A DNA stretch of 64,000 nt from a virus: positions 1 to 64,000 of the IMG/VR virus record IMGVR_UViG_3300036886_000243. One strand, given 5' to 3'. Of this stretch, positions 59,419 through 64,000 are shown one piece after another. The notes under the pieces were generated by a model. The model was not told the DNA's origin and searched no databases. It saw only the letters and a list, made by a program, of their open reading frames with translations. The stretch's first letter is position 1. Every line of letters begins with the position of its first letter. Both the position numbers and the translations under genes were made by a program.

Positions 59419-60290
59419 ATAAACATGTTGTTTCTACAAATGAAAATATAAATTGGCCCAGAGGGTTTACAATTTTAGATAATCGGATCCATGATGAGCT
59501 TCAAAGATATCTTAGGCCGTCTTCGTTTTGTATCTGGTGCCAATATCTTAGGTTTTGGGGTAGTGATAAAAAGAAAGCTTATCCAAGTTTATCCTATTTA
59601 AGTAATGTGACTGGTCTCGCTGAAAGAACAATCCGTAGTTGTAATACGGAACTTGTCGATAAGAAATTCCTAAAAAAGAAATCGGGTAGTTCTAACTCTT
59701 CAAATATTTACTACTATGTTCCTATTGATAAGATTCTTAAATACTACAAAGATGGGACTGAACCAGAAGCTGATAAAGAGAGCGTAAGTGAAACACAAGA
59801 TATCAATGACCTCTTGAAAGATGTAGCCAAAGGTAATCAAATATCAGCAGCATTATTCATAAAAGATTTTGAAGATGGTCATGGTGGACAATACAACCTT
59901 AACGACAAGGATATAGAGGCTCTTAACCAAAATTCAACTCAGCTAAGTCCTAAGCTTATAGACATTTTCTTCAAGACTAAGAACCCTTATATCGCAAACT
60001 CCGATCACACCATGTATTTCTTTTTCCGTCCGAAGACACAACAAGTATTAAAAGCTGAGTTTTTTAAGAGCGACATAGGACGCTGGACTAATCAAGCTGA
60101 AAGAGCATGGGCTGGTATAATGCCAGTCCTAAGTAATCCACAGACACCTGAGCTCAAGACTACAATTCTCAATGATCTAAATACTTTCATTAAAACTTAC
60201 GTAAAATTCAATCGCGGCAATTCAAGTAGAGATGCCTTTGTTTACAAATACTTAGAGCAAAAGATTGAGGCCTTCTTGAAAGATAAATAG
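59415..60290 (+). CDS. Helix-turn-helix (replication-initiator-like) protein
   Basis: AYPSLSYLSNVTGLAERTIRSCNTELVDKKFL..SNIY. Confidence 0.7.
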   Translation: MNKHVVSTNENINWPRGFTILDNRIHDELQRYLRPSSFCIWCQYLRFWGSDKKKAYPSLSYLSNVTGLAERTIRSCNTELVDKKFLKKKSGSSNSSNIYYYVPIDKILKYYKDGTEPEADKESVSETQDINDLLKDVAKGNQISAALFIKDFEDGHGGQYNLNDKDIEALNQNSTQLSPKLIDIFFKTKNPYIANSDHTMYFFFRPKTQQVLKAEFFKSDIGRWTNQAERAWAGIMPVLSNPQTPELKTTILNDLNTFIKTYVKFNRGNSSRDAFVYKYLEQKIEAFLKDK

Positions 60291-60293
60291 ACT

Positions 60294-60527
60294 ATGATCT
60301 TATATCGTTCTTCTAAAGGAGCTGTGCCTGGGGCATGGTTTATACCTATTTCTCGGCAAGGTAATTGGTACTCTTGGCTATCAATCACTAAGCGCGACGA
60401 ACTCTTCCTAGAAGAAATTAAAATTAACGGTTCTCATATATCAGGCGGCAACTCAGCAACTAAAGGTGACTTGAGACGTCTCGTCAGATATCTTTTTTAT
60501 TTGGATTTGAAGTATGAAGCAACTTAA
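60294..60527 (+). CDS. Hypothetical protein (LRRLVRYLF motif)
   Basis: ORF track. Confidence 0.5.
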   Translation: MILYRSSKGAVPGAWFIPISRQGNWYSWLSITKRDELFLEEIKINGSHISGGNSATKGDLRRLVRYLFYLDLKYEAT

Positions 60528-60801
60528 AGTTGGTGATAAAGTTTGGTGGGCGTGGTTTAAATATGGAGATAATGTCTTTGGCCGCGTTGAGATATTCGAC
60601 TTCGCTAAAGATGTATCACCGACTCACTACATATTGAAACCAATCAAAATCTATTTTGACGAAGCTTTTTCTGCTGAGAATGGCGTTCCTTTAAAGGGCG
60701 TCGCTATAGAACGTAAGCACTTATTCACTGATGAAGAGTTCAATCACCTCAAAGCAAAACCTCATCTCATTATATCTATTTTTCATTACAGATGGGATTA
60801 A
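60514..60801 (+). CDS. SH3/KOW-like hypothetical protein (LIISIF motif)
   Basis: LKVGDKVW. Confidence 0.5.
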   Translation: MKQLKVGDKVWWAWFKYGDNVFGRVEIFDFAKDVSPTHYILKPIKIYFDEAFSAENGVPLKGVAIERKHLFTDEEFNHLKAKPHLIISIFHYRWD

Positions 60802-60803
60802 CA

Positions 60804-60928
60804 CAAGATAACTACAAAAGAGCCGCAAGGCATCAACGACGCTTGCGGCTTATAACAGATTAAGGAAAGAGCCTAAAAAGACCCTTTAGAAAGAAATATG
60901 CGAATGGCTCTTAATTTAGGGGTATATT
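60804..60928 (+). ncRNA. Candidate structured RNA or 5' leader after CAAGATAA
   Basis: Stem agccgcaag (60821-60829) with cttgcggct (60842-60850); second stem agagcc/ggctct. Confidence 0.3.
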
Positions 60929-61231
60929 ATGGACGATATGGAGAATCCAGATAGCGGCAAAAGTAACAACAGTAAGGAAAACATTGCATGGTACGAAGCT
61001 GCTAGCAAAGGTAGGTTGCCCAGGGGAATAGACTTGATAAAGGAATATTCCAATGGCGGATGGGAAATTGTTATGGACGGCGAAATCAAGGAGATGAAGC
61101 CTTGTGAAATAATAGATGAACTATTGAATAGGTTCTGTAAAACGATACCACACGAACCAGGAGTGGGTGAATCTTTGGAAACCCTTAACGATTTTCTGAC
61201 TGAAGAAGTAAAGTCTTATAAGAAGAGGTAA
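60929..61231 (+). CDS. Hypothetical protein
   Basis: ORF track. Confidence 0.5.
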   Translation: MDDMENPDSGKSNNSKENIAWYEAASKGRLPRGIDLIKEYSNGGWEIVMDGEIKEMKPCEIIDELLNRFCKTIPHEPGVGESLETLNDFLTEEVKSYKKR

Positions 61232-61234
61232 ATT

Positions 61235-61733
61235 ATGTTGGACGAAAAGAAACGCGAACCCTATCTCCAAGCAGGAGAGGGCGACGACGAAATGGCTGAC
61301 ACTACTTTCAAGAAGAAGAAGAACTGGCAAAAGTTCTGGAAAACATCGAAGAAAGAGTTAAGCGGTGGACGTAAGAACAAGAAAAAAACTAACCGTTAAA
61401 TACGTATTCATATTCCCCCAGCAGACTATACTGCCAGACCTATTTAAGAAAGGTGTTGAAGATATGCAAGACGTAGAGTATGGAGTAGAGTGGCCTGAAA
61501 GTTGGAATGTAAAAGTAGAAAATATGGGCCGTGGCTATACTGGTCCCACTAACTACAAATTGCGATTAGTCGATAAAAACGAAGATCCTGGACCAGACGA
61601 AGAAGACCCATATGGCACAGCCACAAAATATACGTTTTTGATATGGTGCAATGAATCTAAATTGAAAGACGTAATTGATTTTCTGAAATACTTAGGTATG
61701 GGCCATAGCAACAATTTTTACAAGAGCATATAA
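61235..61733 (+). CDS. Hypothetical protein, possibly frameshifted in A7 (61382-61388)
   Basis: SD gaggt and ATG 61235; joins ORF 61365 with a +1 shift. Confidence 0.4.
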
Positions 61734-62119
61734 TGAAGAAGAAAGCATTAAGAGTCAACATTTTAAAAGATCTTGGACTAGGTAGGATGAACAGAGTTTA
61801 CAAAAAGAAAATATTCATTACTATCTTCAAGGATCTTAAAAGTGGTAAAGGCATGCTAGAACAATTTAATAAAACTGGTTTACTTGTTGCCTATAGCCTT
61901 AGAAGCAAAGTGCTTTTAGAAAAGATAAATACTTGGCTCAGATCTAAAGACAAATATATAGACATCGTAGATAAAACTATTTATGTAGAATTCTTGGATG
62001 ATGAAATAGAGATAAGTGGTAATTGGGATAATGAAAATTATGGACATAGTAATTTTTCAGTCTTTGCCGATTTATCTGGTAATTTAATTAACTTTGATAT
62101 TGATGAAAGCACACATTAA
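61733..62119 (+). CDS. Hypothetical protein
   Basis: TAATG coupling. Confidence 0.5.
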   Translation: MKKKALRVNILKDLGLGRMNRVYKKKIFITIFKDLKSGKGMLEQFNKTGLLVAYSLRSKVLLEKINTWLRSKDKYIDIVDKTIYVEFLDDEIEISGNWDNENYGHSNFSVFADLSGNLINFDIDESTH

Positions 62120-62182
62120 AATGAAGAGAGAAGAAAAACTCATACTCGACCCAAAATCAAAATTAACTAATGGGCTAACGGG

Positions 62183-63331
62183 ATGAAGGAACTATTGAGT
62201 AATATACTTGATGAGGCTTTTGACGTTAAATCTAATTTGGGTCAGCTATTAGAAATCAAAGGTTCAAGCCTAGAAAAATTAGCCAAAACAGACGTCTTGC
62301 GAGTAATGACTGATTTTCCAGTTGATATGGTTCGTATTTTATTTAACGCTTTAGAAGATGCTGATATAAAAATAAAGCCTTCAACTATAGAAGATTATGT
62401 TGGTAAATTTGGTGAAAGCACTAAAGTTCCTTCATATAGTAAAAACCCATGGTTCGATACTAACAATAGAAATGAGTTTGAATTCGGAGATGAAAATTCT
62501 CTTGATACTCGTGGTAAGCCAATTCGCATTAACATAGAGATAAAAATACAAGGGACTATAGCTCACTTTGGAATAGATGCCCATTTTCTTAGACGTATTA
62601 GTGTAGACGAATCTAAACCAATAAGGCTAGCTAATTTATCTGCAAGTGATTTCGCCAAAGAGATTGCCAAGAAAACTAAAAGTTTAATGACTAAATTAGA
62701 CCCAGATTGGGAAATTAGCATAAAGAGCGCAGAGCAAGCTATGAAGGATTTAGCTAAAGACAAACCTCCAATAGTTAATAAGTTGAAACCAATGGGTCAA
62801 GTTTATTTACTATGGGTTGCTGGTGAAAAAGATAAAGAATCAAAAAATATAGATTTGGTTACTTTCTATCCAAGCTTTGCAAAATTTGGGATAGGTTGGC
62901 CAGATCAAAATCCAGATTGGGATGATATCAATAAAAACTGGGGCAGCTTTAGCAGCGATAGAAATAAATTCAGAAATTTTTCTTACAGCTTTCAAACTGA
63001 ATTATTACTTGAAGCAATACCCATAATTTTTAAACGGTTAAGAGAAAATAACTTGACAATTATGAGCGCGCATTTAGATTCAGAAAGTATGGGTATTTTA
63101 GTTGCAGCCGTTGACAGGAATGCTAAATTTCCAGCTAGATATCGAGTTGCAGAAGGCGAGCAAATAAAAAAGCCAACTTATGCTGACATAGAAGAAAGCA
63201 AAAGAAAATTTATAATGGATCAAGCTCAAACTTTAAATGACAAAGCTATAAAAATGACTGTAGACGAATTTAGACATACAATAATTCAAAATGCTTTAGA
63301 CCCGACAGTAAAGAAAGAACCTAAAAAGTAA
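62183..63331 (+). CDS. Hypothetical protein with MKELLSNILDEA leader
   Basis: 382-aa ORF. Confidence 0.6.
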   Translation: MKELLSNILDEAFDVKSNLGQLLEIKGSSLEKLAKTDVLRVMTDFPVDMVRILFNALEDADIKIKPSTIEDYVGKFGESTKVPSYSKNPWFDTNNRNEFEFGDENSLDTRGKPIRINIEIKIQGTIAHFGIDAHFLRRISVDESKPIRLANLSASDFAKEIAKKTKSLMTKLDPDWEISIKSAEQAMKDLAKDKPPIVNKLKPMGQVYLLWVAGEKDKESKNIDLVTFYPSFAKFGIGWPDQNPDWDDINKNWGSFSSDRNKFRNFSYSFQTELLLEAIPIIFKRLRENNLTIMSAHLDSESMGILVAAVDRNAKFPARYRVAEGEQIKKPTYADIEESKRKFIMDQAQTLNDKAIKMTVDEFRHTIIQNALDPTVKKEPKK

Positions 63332-63558
63332 TGACGACTAAATATAATGAAAGTGGCAATTTAGAGTCTTCACAGCGCTACATAATGTTGCATATTTTTG
63401 AGCCTGATATTTATGGTTTCGATGTCTCTTGGAAAGAAGGTTCAACGCATTACAAAATACAGGGCTGGCAGATTGGTGGCGAAGCGCATGGCCGTTTAAG
63501 TAAAGGTGAAATGGGAAGTGATTTTAAATTTTGGGGTGAAGTAATTAAGAGTTGGTGA
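63331..63558 (+). CDS. Hypothetical protein
   Basis: TAATG coupling. Confidence 0.45.
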   Translation: MTTKYNESGNLESSQRYIMLHIFEPDIYGFDVSWKEGSTHYKIQGWQIGGEAHGRLSKGEMGSDFKFWGEVIKSW

Positions 63559-63559
63559 A

Positions 63560-63943
63560 ATGGCAATACTAAAGAAATATCAACTGAGTGGTCCAGAAAT
63601 TAAACACTATTTATTAAGAAAGGCGTGGGTAATTGATGACGAGTGGATACAACCAGAATTGATGGACCTTCTTAAAGAAGAGGCAGCTAAGCTAGGCATA
63701 TATGATATGGATGAGAGTCCTCTCGGTGGATGGGAATACGAACCACATGGCGAAAAAATTCCAGCTTGGTTTGTTGGTTTCCACGGAACTGATAGTAAAA
63801 TTGCTCAACAGCAAAAAGAAATATTAGTTAAGGATAAAAACTCAAAACTTGATCCTGATGAATTCGGGATGGCTTTCATATATTTCTATTTTAATTTGAA
63901 GAACGGTCGTCTATACAAAGTAGAATCTGAGTCCGTTCAATAA
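63560..63943 (+). CDS. Hypothetical protein
   Basis: ORF track. Confidence 0.5.
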   Translation: MAILKKYQLSGPEIKHYLLRKAWVIDDEWIQPELMDLLKEEAAKLGIYDMDESPLGGWEYEPHGEKIPAWFVGFHGTDSKIAQQQKEILVKDKNSKLDPDEFGMAFIYFYFNLKNGRLYKVESESVQ

Positions 63944-64000
63944 TTTTTAACAAGACATAGGATTGGTTTTATGAAAAAAGTAGCACTTGTTTATAGCGCC

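Noticed and set aside
1-64000. tRNA/rRNA genes, integrase, att sites
   Set aside because: None recognised by eye and the intergenic gaps are short; tRNAscan-SE/Aragorn would be needed to exclude tRNAs formally.

Overview
The window looks like 64 kb of a large (jumbo-type) tailed bacteriophage genome: dense, almost entirely + strand, standard genetic code, and I saw no rRNA, tRNA or CRISPR. 1-16.2 kb is a virion tail/fibre module, including a >4,000-aa tailspike-like gene with a C-terminal DYAE autocleaving chaperone domain. The standout feature is an apparently complete CXXX-repeat radical-SAM modification system (radical SAM/SPASM enzyme, second SPASM-like maturase, small accessory protein, terminator; 16183-18618). 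Its only plausible substrate in the window is not a small RiPP precursor but a 48-Cys CxxxC tract embedded in a 937-aa fibre-like protein (12251-15064), which suggests enzymatic modification of a virion protein. 18.6-30 kb holds accessory genes: an RlaP-like nucleotidyltransferase, a permuted NlpC/P60 enzyme, an HNH-NUMOD3 endonuclease and eight small paralogous NLLK-x2-TC-x2-C proteins. 30-39.8 kb is a second structural block of repeat fibres and duplicated baseplate/beta-helix genes. 39.8-64 kb holds host-takeover and auxiliary genes: orphan MazF with a putative capsid-targeting leader, methyltransferase, histone-like protein, PARG, minimal ligase, DgkA, cyclic-phosphate receiver, HicB, an archaeal-type DnaK disrupted by a deletion, UDG, homing endonucleases and an HTH replication-type protein. 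Two recurrent promoter-like motifs can be read directly from the sequence, (C/A)AAGATAA and TCGACAG-N5-TANNNT; several copies appear to drive leaderless transcripts. Several genes have frame disruptions at homopolymers or short repeats that may be sequencing or assembly errors. Family names and accessions are recalled from motif recognition, not from database searches.
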